From Podarcis melisellensis (Eukaryota), in assembly GCA_964234715.1 (NCBI GenBank), contig OZ174282.1: 64,000 bases of DNA; one strand, 5' to 3'. Positions within the stretch are counted from its first letter, which is position 1. Each line of letters opens with the position of its first letter. Shown one piece after another: positions 45,921-58,320 of this stretch. Made by a program: the position numbers and the translations under genes. Under the pieces are notes generated by a model, which was given only the letters and a program-made list of their open reading frames with translations, made no database searches and was not told the DNA's origin.

Positions 45921-46619
45921 TTAAAATTAATCAATTTATTTTTTGCATGGTGCTGGAGCATTTCACAATTGGAGCAGGGGGGGGGAGGAGATCTGTTCTC
46001 TTGTTGCTACCTGCTGAACATCTTTTGGAGAGGCAGACAGTGAATGGTCTCAGATCTCAGGATCTGGATTGGTTTGAATGTGGAAAGGTTGCGAGCTGTA
46101 ATGTTTTATCTCCGCTGCAAATATATAATAAAGCAAACAAGCAAATATAAGTAATTTTAATGTGAATTTTTGTATACAGCAAGAATAAATGTTTGAATAG
46201 ACTATAAATGCCAGCCATTTTTAAACAGAGTCCATACAGATTCAAGTGTGTGTAATAGTACAGTATGCTAAAACCTATTTATCCACTTTAAAAATGCTTT
46301 GTGTGTGTGTGTGTTTTTGTCTGTATGTATGTGTACAGCACTTTCATCAGTGCAAGCAACAGATTTCTGGTTCCCCCCCCCCCTTTTGTACATTATTTGA
46401 TCAGCCAGGCCCAACCATATACAGCACAAGGGGCAGCTCACAACCTTGGATCTCTTTAACCAGTTTCAATCCCTGGAGGACAAACCTGCCCCGCTTTTCA
46501 GCACTGGAAGCGGTAGAGAGCTCAGCTACCACCTATGTGGGAGCTGGTGGAGAATTTGCTCCAAGAGGGTGAAGGAGTTTGCAGGTAGTTGAACTATAGA
46601 GACACGAAGGCAATTCCCA

Positions 46620-48380
46620 ACTCTTCCGGCAACGGCTTCGCTTTTGGCTAGACACAGGCAGCTGCCCGCTCCGGGTTCAGAGACCCCAAAGGCGAAACAC
46701 CAGCGCCGCCCGACCCGTGGCCCAGACAGCCAGGTTTCGATGTGCTACAGGCCCCAAGGAGGAGCCATTCCCGGCTAGCGGCAGGAGCAAGAGCCGGAAG
46801 GGAAGGCGAGCGGTCAGGCTGGGCAGAGGCCAAGCCCGCCAGCCGCGGACCAGGAAGTGCCACTTCTTCGCCCGCGCCTCCCGCCACCGGCTGGCCGAAG
46901 GCAGCTTCAGGCGGCGGCCCCTCCGGGCCTCTCTCGCCTTTCCCGGGGCCCTTCCCTGCCTCGGCCAGTTCCTCGGGCGAAAGGCGACCGGGAAGGCGGG
47001 GGAGGCTTGTGAGGGCGGCGGGAACCAGAACCTCGAGTCGTCCAAGGAGGGCAACGGCCCCGCTCCCCGGAAAACGCAGAGCCGAGCGAGGGCGGTCAGC
47101 CGGGGAGGCCTTACCCGGGGGCCGGGAGTCTTTTTGTTTCCGTCTGTCCCGGCAGGCAGCGAAGGTGGCGTCGGCGGCGTCACGGGTCCAGCCTCAGCTG
47201 GGCAGGCGGAGGGATACGTCTCTTCTCTGCTTTTCAGGAGGAGGAGGTGCGCGACAGCGACAGTAGCAAAAGCAACAGTCGTAGTTCTTAGCAGCGTCCG
47301 GCCCTCTGTCTGCGACGCGGCTTCTCCAAGATACAGTGCAGGGACGCACGGGGCGCTTTGTGTTTGTACGGAACTACTTTACGGGCGGAGGGATCTCTCT
47401 CCGGAGAAAGAGGGACCTCAATAAAAGTCGTACTTCCTAAAGCGAGCGTTACCTTCATTGAGGTCCCTCCATAGCCCTCAACCGCGGCTGGAGAGTTCCG
47501 ACCTCGTCGGGTACGACGTCGGAGAAGGAGGAGGAAGAGGCGGCGGCCCCGCCCACTGCCCCCTCCCTCCGAGCTGCTTCCCATCCCCGGGGGCGTCGCT
47601 CGGCAGACTGGAGCCCTCCCGCTGTAGGGGCGCTCGCGTGAATGGCCGGGCGCCTTGCAGGGCATGGCGGGGGCGTCAATCGGGTCCCCCTGTTCGTGGC
47701 TTGAAAAGAGGCGGGGACGGCGGCAGCCCCGCCACTAGCACCGCGGCGCCGCCGCTCCAACAAGAGGAGAAGCGGCCCCGTGGAAGCAGGCGACTCGGGG
47801 CAAGGAGGTGGGTTGCAGCAGCAGTTGCTCCTGCTCCCCCTCCTCGGTAGCCGGGCCCGTGGAGAGCGCCGAAGGACACAACTCTGGCCCTGCTGGCTGG
47901 TCTGGGTGCGTGAAGCCCCCGGAGGCGCCGGCCTGATGGCTGCGGGACCCCCTCCCGGCTGAGCGGCGGGATCGGCGCCCCTGCTGCCAGGCGGGATCGG
48001 CGCCCCTGCTGCCAGGCAAGAGGCGCGCTCCGCTCGGAGGGGAGGGAAGGGCTCCAGCGCAGCGCGCCCCCGTCCGCCTGTCTGTCCGTCGGTCCCGCCG
48101 TGCACGAGCCGGGCGCTCCCGCCGTGCCGCCATCTTCCTCTGTCTGTCTGTCTGCCAGCCTGGGCGGCCCTTTGTCCTCCTGCAGCGCTGCTGGGCGAGC
48201 CCAGGCCGGGCGACGGAGTCAGGTAAGGGCCGAGGCGGCGGCAGCCTCCTTTCGAGCGCGGGGTGGGGGCTGATCTCTCAAGGCCCCCCGCTCGCCTACC
48301 CTGGTCATCCCCCGCATGGTGACAGGGCTCTTCTTTCCGCAGGTGCGCCCCCCTGGGGGGGGGAACCATGTCCCGTCGGA
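46620..48380. promoter_or_regulatory. CpG island / divergent promoter for IST1 (-) and ZNF821 (+)
   Basis: Very CpG-rich; - strand donor (gtaagg) below 47115 for IST1 non-coding exon 1; + strand donor cag|gtaagg at 48222 for ZNF821 exon 1; YY1-type CGCCATCTT ~48128; ETS-type GGAAG motifs ~46795-46860. Confidence 0.75.
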
Positions 48381-51300
48381 AACAGACCACCCCCAATAAA
48401 GTCCACTGTGAGTAATAAGGGGAGGGGGGCTGTTGTCACTTCCACCTTCACCCCCTTCCCCCGCTCAAGCGAGGCATCCTCATCCGCAAAATGATGGGGG
48501 GGACAGCCCTCCCCTCCACTATTTGCTGCATTCTTCTCCCATAGCCCTGGTGGGGATTCCCTGCCCAGCATCGAGGATTTGTTGGCTGAGCTGAGACATG
48601 TCCACGTACCACGTCTTGGAGCCTAAGGGCTCCTTAGGTACTCTGGGGGCTCAGAACCCCTCTCCGCCATTCTAGTGGCATTCTGTCTCTCACTGGGCCA
48701 CCTTACCCACTGATGTTTCTTCTGCAAATGAACAGCTTTTCAGCACTAGTTGGGAATGTCTGGCTAGTCTCCCTTGCACAATGAGGAACAGGGGACTTCC
48801 AGGCACCATGATAGCTTTAGGATCAGAATTGAAATAGCAAAGGCCCAGGAAAGAGTATGGCAATTTCATGCAAGCACTGCCCACTTTGCACAACTTAAGA
48901 GAAAACGTATCAAGGAGGAACTAAAGCAGATAACTAAACCTGGACCACAAAATCCACAGAAGACGTCTCCCGCCACAAATTTGGTTTACAAAAGTAGATA
49001 AGTAGATTTGCTATTGCCTACACTAAAGCATCTTTTACACACATGTAACAGCTTTACCCCTGGAGGAGAACCTGTATGGCAGGACAAGCTCTTCCAAAAT
49101 ATGGGCCCCCCCCCGGGGGTGGGGGAGCACATGCAAATTCTAGGGCGGAGCCAGGGCACGCAAGAACCCTCCCTGTGTGCTTAATGCTGCTGAAGACATT
49201 TGTATTTCCAGGTCATGTTGGAAAGGATGTGAAGGGACGGATTGGTCAGGCCACCGTTGCTTTGCAGGAAGGGTTTGGGGAAAGCTGTTTTGGGGAATGG
49301 AGCCCAGGCATTAGTCCCATTCTGGGCCATCTTCAGGTAGGGGAGACCATCACTGGGCATCTGAGGAGGGGGCAAGGAATGATTGGGCTTGGGAAGGGCA
49401 ATGGGCTAATGCGGCTTCTTCCTCCCCCATTGTACTTCCAGGGGAGCAAGTCTTTGCTGGGTTAGAAGAGCACACACGTCAGGCCATGATGCGAAGAGAC
49501 TTCCCTGGGCTGCTTGGAGCCCAGTCACCACTCATGCAGCAGCTGCCACCTCCGCCACAAGAAAAGGACTCCAGCAGCAGCAGTAGTAGCAGCAGCAACA
49601 GTGAGTTTCCCCATCTAGTACAGGAGGGCAGCTCTGGGACACCTAGGAGAGACCAAACACCTGCATGCTGCTTTGGAATCCTGTCAGCTGGCCTGTGGCA
49701 GAGGGCTAAAGCTGTTCTGTATTCCAGGTGATAGCGAGGGGGATGAGACAACACAAGATGAGGTCTCCTCCCATGCTTCTGAGGAGGACGGAGCATCAGC
49801 GACAGTGAAAAAGGAACTGGAACTTACTGAGCAGCTGGGCTGCAGCAAGCAGGTCGCTCGAGGCCATGAGGCAAGTGCATCACATTGGCCATAGTCAACA
49901 CATAGTAAAGCAAAAGTGCAACGCTGCTGTGGTTACTCGGTGGAAGGGAGAATAGCAATAGCAGACTCTTGGATGGCCCTAGCATGGAGAAAGAGGACTG
50001 TATAGCCACCTCTGGGATTCCTGGGCCTGGTCCATTGATGTCCCCAAGTGATCACTGCAGCAGGCTCAAGTGATTGGGTCTAGGCTTTTTAGCATTAGAG
50101 TTCCCTAATGGTAATGGGGGCAAGGGGAGTGATAGAGCTGTTGTCATCTCATTCTGGGCTTCCCAGAAGAGGCATTTGGTTGGCTGCTGTGTGTTAGAAA
50201 GACAACACACAACTAGGTAGACCCTCAATCTGATTGTGCAGGGCTAATCTTACATTGTAGAGAATCCGTCAACATGGTTTTAAAGGGTCTGGTGCAGCAT
50301 CAGTTGGGGGGAGGGGTATGTGTATGCGTGTGGCAGAATACCAGGCATGGGTCTTGTCCTCTGCTCTTTCCTTAGCCTGCCTTTCCTTGCTTGCAGATGG
50401 GTTTAAATGCCAGTCCAGATACCCTGATGGGACTCTCCCGTTGTCCCCTCTGCCAGCTAGAGTGTGGAAGCAGGGAGCAGCTTGTCACTCATGTCTATCA
50501 GGTACTTAGAGGGGCCTTTGATGAGACCATCACGCAAGGCTAAACCATCCCTGCCCTGGCTCCCCCTTTCCTTCCAGGCTGAAATTAGTAATCCTGGACT
50601 GGGAAAGGGTGGGGATGGGGGCAGGGGCTGTTGGCATTGGATGCAGTTTGAATCACCCCCCCCCCCCGGTGGGTTTGCACCACATCCCAGGGAAGGCCTT
50701 GCGGGTCTCTCTCCTTCTTTCCCTAACAGAAGAGGGAGCTCTTCCGTGGCATGGCCTTGGCTGCCTGCCCTCATAGGGACAGCTGAGAGGGGGACAGGGC
50801 GGCGGAGCCCTTGCCTGACAGCCCGGCCTCGTTTGCAGCATACGGCAGCTGTGGTCAGTGCCAAGAGCTACCTGTGTCCCGTCTGTGGCCGAGCACTCAG
50901 CTCCCCGGGCTCCTTGGGCAGGCACCTCCTCATCCACTCCGAGGACCAACTGTCCAACTGTGCGGTGTGTGGGGCTCGCTTCACCAGCCATGCTACTTTC
51001 AACAGGTGAGAAGTGGGCATCTCTGACGGTGGGACTGGGACTACGTGGCCCAGGCCGCATTTTGGAAGTCCTGGAGGGGCCCTGTTCAATGGAAGCAATG
51101 GAGGTTACACCTGGCAATTTCTGGAGGCAGCTGGAATAGGTGACCCCAGCCAGAAGCATTCTGCAGGCCAGCATTCATGTGGGTGGGGTGGCTTGTAAGC
51201 ATGGCCAGAGGGAGGGGGAGGGTTACAGCTAAGGCAGTAGCTTGCAAGCCTACACAATGGCTTCTTACGATCTGTGCCGACCACCCGTCATTTCTACTCT

Positions 51301-51980
51301 TTGACTTTCACAGTGAGAAGGTGTCAGAGGTGCTGTGTGGCGATGCCCTGCCCATTCCCCTCCCTGAGGCTTCTGGTGCCGAGGACAAAGCAGGTGGTGG
51401 TGGTGCTGCTGCTGTCAGCCCCACAGTGTATCCTGCTGGCATCCTCCTGGTGTGCAACAGCTGCGTGGCCTACCGCAAGCTTCTGGAAGCTCAAGCTCCA
51501 GGGGTTCGCAAGTGGGCCTTGCGAAGGCAGAACGAGCCCCTGGAGGTGCGGCTGCAGCGCCTGGAGCGAGAGCGCACAGCTAAGAAGAGCCGCCGAGACA
51601 ACGAGACGCCGGAGGAGCGGGAGGTGAGGCGCATGAGGGATCGAGAGGCCAAGCGGCTGCAGCGCATGCAGGAGACGGACGAGCAGCGTGCGCGCCGCCT
51701 GCAGCGGGACCGTGAAGCAATGCGCCTCAAGCGGGCCAACGAGACCCCTGAGAAGCGGCAGGCTCGGCTCATCCGGGAGCGTGAAGCCAAGAGGCTAAAG
51801 CGGCGGCTGGAGAAAATGGACATGATGCTGCGGGCACAGTTTGGCCAGGACCCCTCGGCCATGGCTGCATTGGCAGCCGAGATGAACTTCTTCCCACTGC
51901 CAGTGGGTGGGCTAGAGCTTGAGGGGCAGCTGCTTGGTAAAATGGCCTTTGAGGAGCCGAGTCCCAGTGCCCTGCACTGA
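48368..51980 (+). CDS. ZNF821: Zinc finger protein 821; ~426 aa, 6 coding exons
   Basis: Exons 48368-48407, 49442-49600, 49728-49870 (GC donor), 50397-50501, 50839-51005, 51314-51980; MSRRKQTTPNKVHW N-terminus, C2H2 fingers CPLCQLECGSREQLVTHVYQH and CPVCGRALSSPGSLGRHLLIH, STPR repeats ETPEEREVRRMRDRE/ETDEQRARRL/ETPEKRQARL. Confidence 0.95.
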
Positions 51981-53059
51981 GGAGGGTAAAAAGGAGGACC
52001 TGCTCTTGTCTGCTGAGGCCCCACTTGCTCCGCCAGTGAAGCATGGAACTGGAGTGTGACAGTGGTCTGAGGGAGGGAGGAAGGGGCAGGCGCACTGGTT
52101 GTGATCAGAAATAAATTAATTGTACATGTCCTCAGTCTGTGCCTTGTGGGCTTGGCCAATTCACTGCAGCAGCTTGAAAGGCAGCTGCTGCTTCTGCCTT
52201 GCCCAGCTTGCTTCCTTGCTGGGCAAGATCCAGCTGGAATTTCGCAGTTCTGTAGCCTGCCCCTTACTACATCACGCTGGAGCTCTTAAGTGGGAACTAG
52301 CAAAGAAGGTGGAGTCCTGAAGAGGGAGGTGTATAATACGGCTTGGAGCCTCACAAGTTACCCACAGGGGTGTATTAGGCCTAATTATAGTGGCTGCTAG
52401 ACTTAGGTACAGCAGCACCAAATGGGAGGTTTGTGGAAGAATTTTACATTCTGGGGGGATACAGGTTGGGGAGGGAGAAAGCAGCTAGATTTGAGTGCTG
52501 CTGCTCTTCTTGCCTTTGTGCTTAGAGAGATGGTGGTGGAAGGAGGCAGTTTCTCCCTGGGAGCACCAGTGAAAGGCAGACTTCTAAACAAAGGCTAGAG
52601 GAAGGCCCTAATGAGGGGTATATTTCTTTTCTTGGTCAGCAGCCTGTGTTGTCTCTTGCCCAACTTCCAAACTAGGTAAAAGGGAGAGACTTGGCTGCAC
52701 AAGCAAGGAGAAGTTATCTCTGTCTTGTTAGCCAGGTCTGTTCTGTCCTATTAATCTTAAATCATAACACCTATGTGCAGCCTGTTAAATTTTTTACACA
52801 ACAGAACAGAGCTAATTGTGCCAGTGTGAAGATTGCTAATTGGGGCTTTAGTGACCATCGTATGCATTTAAGGAAGTTTCCTTTATGAGCTTTGGGGTTT
52901 CTGCCAAAATTTTCTCCAGGAGACAAGTAAGACACAGACACATCAAAGGAAAAGCTATTGGCTTATAATTATATAGATATATATATAGATATAGATATAT
53001 GTATATATACTGTTTACATAAGTCAACAAGTTAAATGCAGTATTCATAAGAGCATTAAC

Positions 53060-53065
53060 AATAAA
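53060..53065 (+). terminator. ZNF821 candidate poly(A) signal
   Basis: AATAAA after an AT-rich (TATAGA)n tract; tgtgtgt downstream. Confidence 0.55.
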
Positions 53066-53150
53066 AATACAATCTGTGTGTACAGAGACTTTAAATGGTA
53101 AAACAGGAAAAAGGATCTCACCCAAAATACAAATATACAGTACAAATTGA

Positions 53151-53156
53151 TTTATT
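53151..53156 (-). terminator. ATXN1L candidate poly(A) signal
   Basis: TTTATT on + (AATAAA on -), with TGTA motifs nearby on the - strand and U-rich sequence downstream. Confidence 0.55.
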
Positions 53157-55814
53157 TAAAACAGGTACAAAAAAAGCACAACAAAATAGATTATCCTCCT
53201 TAGATTGGTAATGCTTCATTAAAGATCAGGTAGGAGAAAAGGGGCTGGGCACTCGGCTAGTCCTAAGGCTTTAGAGATACGATGCAGTGGGTTTCGGAGT
53301 GAAGATGACTGGTGTTGGTTGCAGGGCTGCTACACACTCGCCCCTTGCCAGCTGCATACAGGAAGGTGACCCACCCCAACTAAGGTGCTATGCAAGGGAT
53401 TGAAGGGTGGCAGGCTGACTCTGTTTGCTTTCTTCCGCAGTGCATCTTGAGATATAGCAAAGGAACTTTCTCTGCAATAAGCCACTGGGTCACGCCATCG
53501 CTCAGTGTTTCTGGGCAGAGGTGGGACTTAATATAAGCGGATATTTGCTCTTGCAGGCAAGGGCTACAGAAACAGCTGGCAAGAAGGGACGGGAAACCTT
53601 TTAGCTGGAAAGGGTATCTGGTTGGTGCCCTTCTGAAGAGCAGGACCCCAGTTCATCACCCCCAGTTTGGCACCCCACACTGAAACGTGTCTCTTTTAGC
53701 AGCCCCCTTCCTACCCTATGGAATGGCCAAATGGACACAGCTGTGCAGCTGCCAGTCCCACAGTATTGCATATTAGGGAGCCCTTCCCAAATATTTACTA
53801 GGGCTTGGAAAGGGGTCGTGCTGTAGTGTCACAAGAGAGAAATAGCTTATTGCTCTAGGAAGCTGGTTCTCCCAACCCTCCAGCGGCCCCAGATGGAGTA
53901 GTGCCCAACGACACTTCCATATTTTGCAGCTCTATTCCTAACTCTCTCCTGGGCCCTAAGGGCTGTGCAGCAAGCTATCCTGAAACAGCACTGGACCAGG
54001 GTGGCAGCGGTGGCAGTAGTGTTGGGCGGTCCAGATGAACTGAGGGGAACTGACCCTCAATAGCCATGGAGGGCCAGAGTTGGTGCCAATGAAAGAGGTG
54101 GCCAATCAGGCTCTTCTGCTGTGATGCTGTGCAAGTGATCCAGCTCCCATGAAGCCCTGGGAGTAGAAGGGCACTCTGCCCTAATGGCATGAAGCAGACA
54201 TCTCCTCCCTGGTAGCAGGGGAGCTGAAGGACAAAGGAGAAACCTAGGCCAGCATTTACATGGAAATGAGCGTTGGTCTAGTAAGCACACAATCCAGGGG
54301 AGCCCAAGAGCAAGTAAGGAAGGCAGAGGGTGGTTTGCGGGGAAACCTGGCTCGGAATAGTGCAAAGTGCCGGGCCTTCCAGAGGAGAACAGCAAAGTCT
54401 TCCACCTTTCATATAGAGAGGGCTTGGAGTGGATGAGGTGGCTGGTCAGACAGGAAAGCAGTTCCCGTTGTGAGCCAGGAATGCCTGTAGGCAATGGCCT
54501 AAAAGCAACAACTGTAGACAAAACATCCAAGGGAAACAAGCCAAGACTGCCCATTTGGAGCAGTGGGAGGAGCTTCCTGGCTGCTATTCTGGAGTGGGAC
54601 TTGGATGGCACTGATGCAGAGTCACGGCTATGATTCAGAGCCCTAGAGCTCACCCCTGCCGAGTTGAGGGCACCAGTGCAGGAGAGGGTACTCAGCCAGC
54701 GTCTTGAACCCAAGCAGTTCTACAGCTTTCTCAGCTCAAAAACTGTTAACCACTTGCACATTTTATCTTCTTTCATTCTGTTTGAGTCACCAGTGCACAC
54801 AGAAGAGCAATTTTCATCTTTATCAGAAGAACCTGAACACATTTTTCTAATATCCAAAGAAATCTTACACATGTAGTGGGGGCCATTCAAGCTGGTTACA
54901 GTGGCCAGAATGTCCCCTCTCCAAACTCTCAATAGGAAATGCTTTAATCACCCCAAGGAAAAGCAGGAGTGTCTGTATGTGCACTAGCATGCTCTTATAT
55001 ACAAACTGCCTTGCACTTTTCAAAGGAGCTGGCTGTAACTTGAGGCATCCACCTCTGTGACAAGCCTTAGCCCAGGCCATTCAGACCTGGCTTAGCTGTG
55101 AACATCTAAGGCATCTGCAACAGAAGTGGATGCAGCCTTTCTAGAAGATGGAGGTGGGGACTTAAGAGCAGGATGGAGATAGCTGAAGACGCCAGAGCTA
55201 GAACATCCTCTCACACGTACACCTACACCATTCCCACCTATGGGATTCAAGTTCTACCTGGCTGCAGAGCTGTGAGGCAGCACACTGCCAGGTTTGCAAT
55301 TTAACAGACTATTAACCATTTCCTTTCAGTCTAACACATGTGAGGAAATTGCATACAAATACTACCTCCCTGAGGAGAAATCCAGGCTCCCTTGACTCGG
55401 TGCCTGGAGAGGGGCTGCTGGGAGGCCCAGACAAAAATCCTTAACTTGGGACCCGAGCAGAAGAAACCTGGCAAACTCCCTCACTGCTCCCTTGCCCTGG
55501 TAAAAGCACCCTCCTGCTATGTGTGAGCAAGTGTCCAATAAAGTGCTTGAGTGAGGTGGTGGGGGATGTTGAGCCCTTGCTCCTCTCCTCACAGAAGCAG
55601 CGCAGTCACTGCTTCCTTCAGAGTCTCCCCTTGGCTGACCCCAATCTACCCTACCCAGGCTCAGACCTCCCCTACAGGGGGTGGAGAGAAGGAGCCTCTG
55701 TCAGTGGAATGATTCTAGGCACACAACTGGGGGAAGGGCCGAGCATCTGAGCAGTGGCCAAACTGGAAGAAACCCAGTTAAGCGTGGCACACAATTTCGC
55801 CCACCACTGGGGCT

Positions 55815-57806
55815 TCACTTTCCTGCATTTGAACGGCCCTCGATGGACAACTTGACCTCCTGGGGAATGAATGAAGGGCGGAGGAGTGGTGGCCGGGGCT
55901 CCTCCCCAGACCTTTGGAAGCTGGGGCCTGCCCAACCATGCAGAGAAACAGGATCGTGGTGGGTGGATTCCTGGGGGGAGCCCACTGCCACTCCACCCTT
56001 CTCCAATGGGTTTTTCTGCAGCTCCTGGAGACTCTCCCCACCCCGCCCTGGTCTCTCTCGGGTAGCACTCTGGGGGCTTGCCTGGGGCACAAGCCTCCCA
56101 TTCAGACTCTGTAAACTGATGGAGATGCAAACATCTCCCACCTGCAGCCTGTGGCAGGAGAGTGAGAAGAGCCGATTCGTCCTCTCTGGACTGCATGAGG
56201 ACCAGCCCTGTCCATACACAAAGAAAGGGTGCTCAGGGGGCACATCGATGCTCACTTTGCTCTGCTGCTCCCCCACCACAAAATGCAGTGTGACGAAACC
56301 CTGCCAGGGACTCTCTTGGATGTCCACCACAGTGCTGGAGTCAATCTTGAGGCCACCACTCACCTCTGCACTGCGCACAAAGTCCTGGGTCTGCAGGTCC
56401 TCCACCCTCTTTAGCTCTCCTGTGGCCAGCTGGATGATGGCTCCTTTCATGAAGTGGGAGGGCAAGTGGCTCTGGGAATGGGCACATTCCGTGTCAGGTA
56501 GTCCCTCATGGGCTGTTCCCTCAGGACTTGCACCTCCCAGGCCATCCTGAGCCCCAGGATGGAGGGACCCTGAGACTGGCCGACCATTGGCCATTGTAAT
56601 GCCTTTCAGTATTTGCCGATGGCGGAGCTGCTCCTCAGGGGACTTTGCCGACAGTCTCCGAAAGTGGCTTTTCTCAGCAGCAGTAGCAGCCACCACAAGT
56701 TCCACTGGGTTCCTCATTGACTCTGCCTTCTGCTCAGGAGGATTACGATGGGAAAGGTTTAGAGGGCTCAAGCCATCCTTCTGCTGAGCAGAACAAACAG
56801 GGTAGTCCTGGGAAGCAAGCACTCCAACCACCCTCTGCACCTCCAGGTCTGTATCTGGGGTGCTCCGCTGAGATGGCACAGAGATCTCTGTTCTCAAAAT
56901 CTGACTGCTTGTCAAGAAGGTACCTTCAGTGCTGCACTCTACCGTTGTCCTTGGCCACTGTCCTTCAGCCTCACTTTCCTTCGCCCCCACGGCAGACCTT
57001 TGCACCCCGTTTGCTGTGACTTTAGGATCTAGCTGATTCTCCTGCAGAGACTGCTCAGTGTTTGGGTCAGCAACAGAAGCTTCAAAGGATGAATAGCCTG
57101 TTGGCAGACGGGACATCTGGTAATAGACTGGAATTCGGCCCTGTGTAACATCCAGTGGCTGACCTCCAACATGGGGCTGCAGAGAGCCTGAAGGCAAAAC
57201 TGAGGCACTGGTCTTGCCAAAGCTGTGGGCTGCCTGTGGAGAAGGAGCAGAGTCTTCAGCCAGGAGAGGTGCATAGGGCACAAAGTGTGGGATATGAGAG
57301 GCAGCAAGGCTGGCTGAAGAGGACAGAAGGTGGCTGGGCAGGAAGCCAGGAGGCACAGCGGCGGCATAGGGTACAGAGTAGTGTGATCCCACAAACTGCA
57401 AGGGAGCAGGAGGAAGTTGAGTGTAATGGATAGGCGAGTAGGGGATACCAGGGTGCGGGATCAGCTGCGAGGTCATACTGAAGGCTGGAGGCAGCGGGCT
57501 GACATTCACCACAGGTGAGAAGGTGGCCGGGGGCATCGCCACTTTGTACAATAAGCCGTACTGGTCCACGGTAAGACTGGTCACTGTGTCGGAGCTGCCA
57601 CCAGCCTCCGTGTAACGTGAAGGTGCCTGGCTCTGCCTGCCTGTTGCTGAGCCCCGGGACCATTCCACAGAGGTCTCGCCGCCGCCACCACCGCCCACCA
57701 GACCCGACTCAGCCGCCCGCCCCGGCTCTTCGTTGTTGGCTGCCACCGGCAGGTCGCGCTTCTTGGGGGGGAGGAATTCCTGGCCCCGCTCCTGAGCCGC
57801 TCTCAT
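55815..57806 (-). CDS. ATXN1L: Ataxin-1-like; 663 aa, single coding exon
   Basis: MRAAQERGQEFLPPKKRDLP N-terminus; QRSTPDTDLEVQRVVG; AXH domain HFMKGAIIQLATGELKRVEDLQTQDF...EHPFFVYGQGWSSCSPERT; C-terminus FIPQEVKLSIEGRSNAGK; acceptor above 57885 and upstream UTR exon from 57989. Confidence 0.97.
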   Translation of the reverse strand: MRAAQERGQEFLPPKKRDLPVAANNEEPGRAAESGLVGGGGGGETSVEWSRGSATGRQSQAPSRYTEAGGSSDTVTSLTVDQYGLLYKVAMPPATFSPVVNVSPLPPAFSMTSQLIPHPGIPYSPIHYTQLPPAPLQFVGSHYSVPYAAAVPPGFLPSHLLSSSASLAASHIPHFVPYAPLLAEDSAPSPQAAHSFGKTSASVLPSGSLQPHVGGQPLDVTQGRIPVYYQMSRLPTGYSSFEASVADPNTEQSLQENQLDPKVTANGVQRSAVGAKESEAEGQWPRTTVECSTEGTFLTSSQILRTEISVPSQRSTPDTDLEVQRVVGVLASQDYPVCSAQQKDGLSPLNLSHRNPPEQKAESMRNPVELVVAATAAEKSHFRRLSAKSPEEQLRHRQILKGITMANGRPVSGSLHPGAQDGLGGASPEGTAHEGLPDTECAHSQSHLPSHFMKGAIIQLATGELKRVEDLQTQDFVRSAEVSGGLKIDSSTVVDIQESPWQGFVTLHFVVGEQQSKVSIDVPPEHPFFVYGQGWSSCSPERTNRLFSLSCHRLQVGDVCISISLQSLNGRLVPQASPQSATRERPGRGGESLQELQKNPLEKGGVAVGSPQESTHHDPVSLHGWAGPSFQRSGEEPRPPLLRPSFIPQEVKLSIEGRSNAGK

Positions 57807-58320
57807 GGCGCTCGCTTCGGGAAGCTGCAAGGTGGGCTGCTACTGTCGCCTCCTCCTCCTCAAGGGGGTCTCCGGGCGGGATCACCTGCAAAGACACAGA
57901 GAAGAGCACAGGGGTCAGCTGGGGGGGGGCAGGCGGGCGGCTTTCGCCCGGCGGGGGAAAGGGAGCCCCGAACACTCCTGTCGCTCACCCGCCGCCACCG
58001 CCGCCGCCTCCACGGCTGAGTGCCATCCCTCTGCCCGCCGACTCCGCAGCCACCCCGGGCCTGACCCCGCCCTCTTTCTTCTCCGCCGCCGCCGCCTTGC
58101 ACGGCGCGCCGGAACTGCCGAGGCTCATGACGTTAGGACGGTGCGCGCACAGCGCACAGCGATGACGTAATCGCCGCCTGCGGTTGCCATAACGACAGCC
58201 GAGGAAGCGGCGGCGGCATCGCTATAGCGACAAACGCACCTGCCCTTCCCCTCTGCACGTGACGTCGCGCCCCGGCATACCCCGAGCTCTACTCCGTCGA
58301 GCCATAACTGGTCTACCTGT
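57620..58320 (-). promoter_or_regulatory. ATXN1L CpG island promoter
   Basis: CpG-rich; TGACGTAA 58163, X-box-like GTTGCCATAACGAC 58183-58196, CACGTG 58256, TGACGTCG 58260. Confidence 0.7.

Noticed and set aside
46677-48396. Long ORFs (235 aa, 313 aa) in the CpG island
   Set aside because: Stop-poor GC-rich sequence giving low-complexity Arg/Gly/Pro translations with no domains.
51491-52159. 222-aa minus-strand ORF
   Set aside because: Antisense shadow of the ZNF821 last exon.
55681-56550. 289-aa plus-strand ORF
   Set aside because: Antisense shadow of the ATXN1L CDS.
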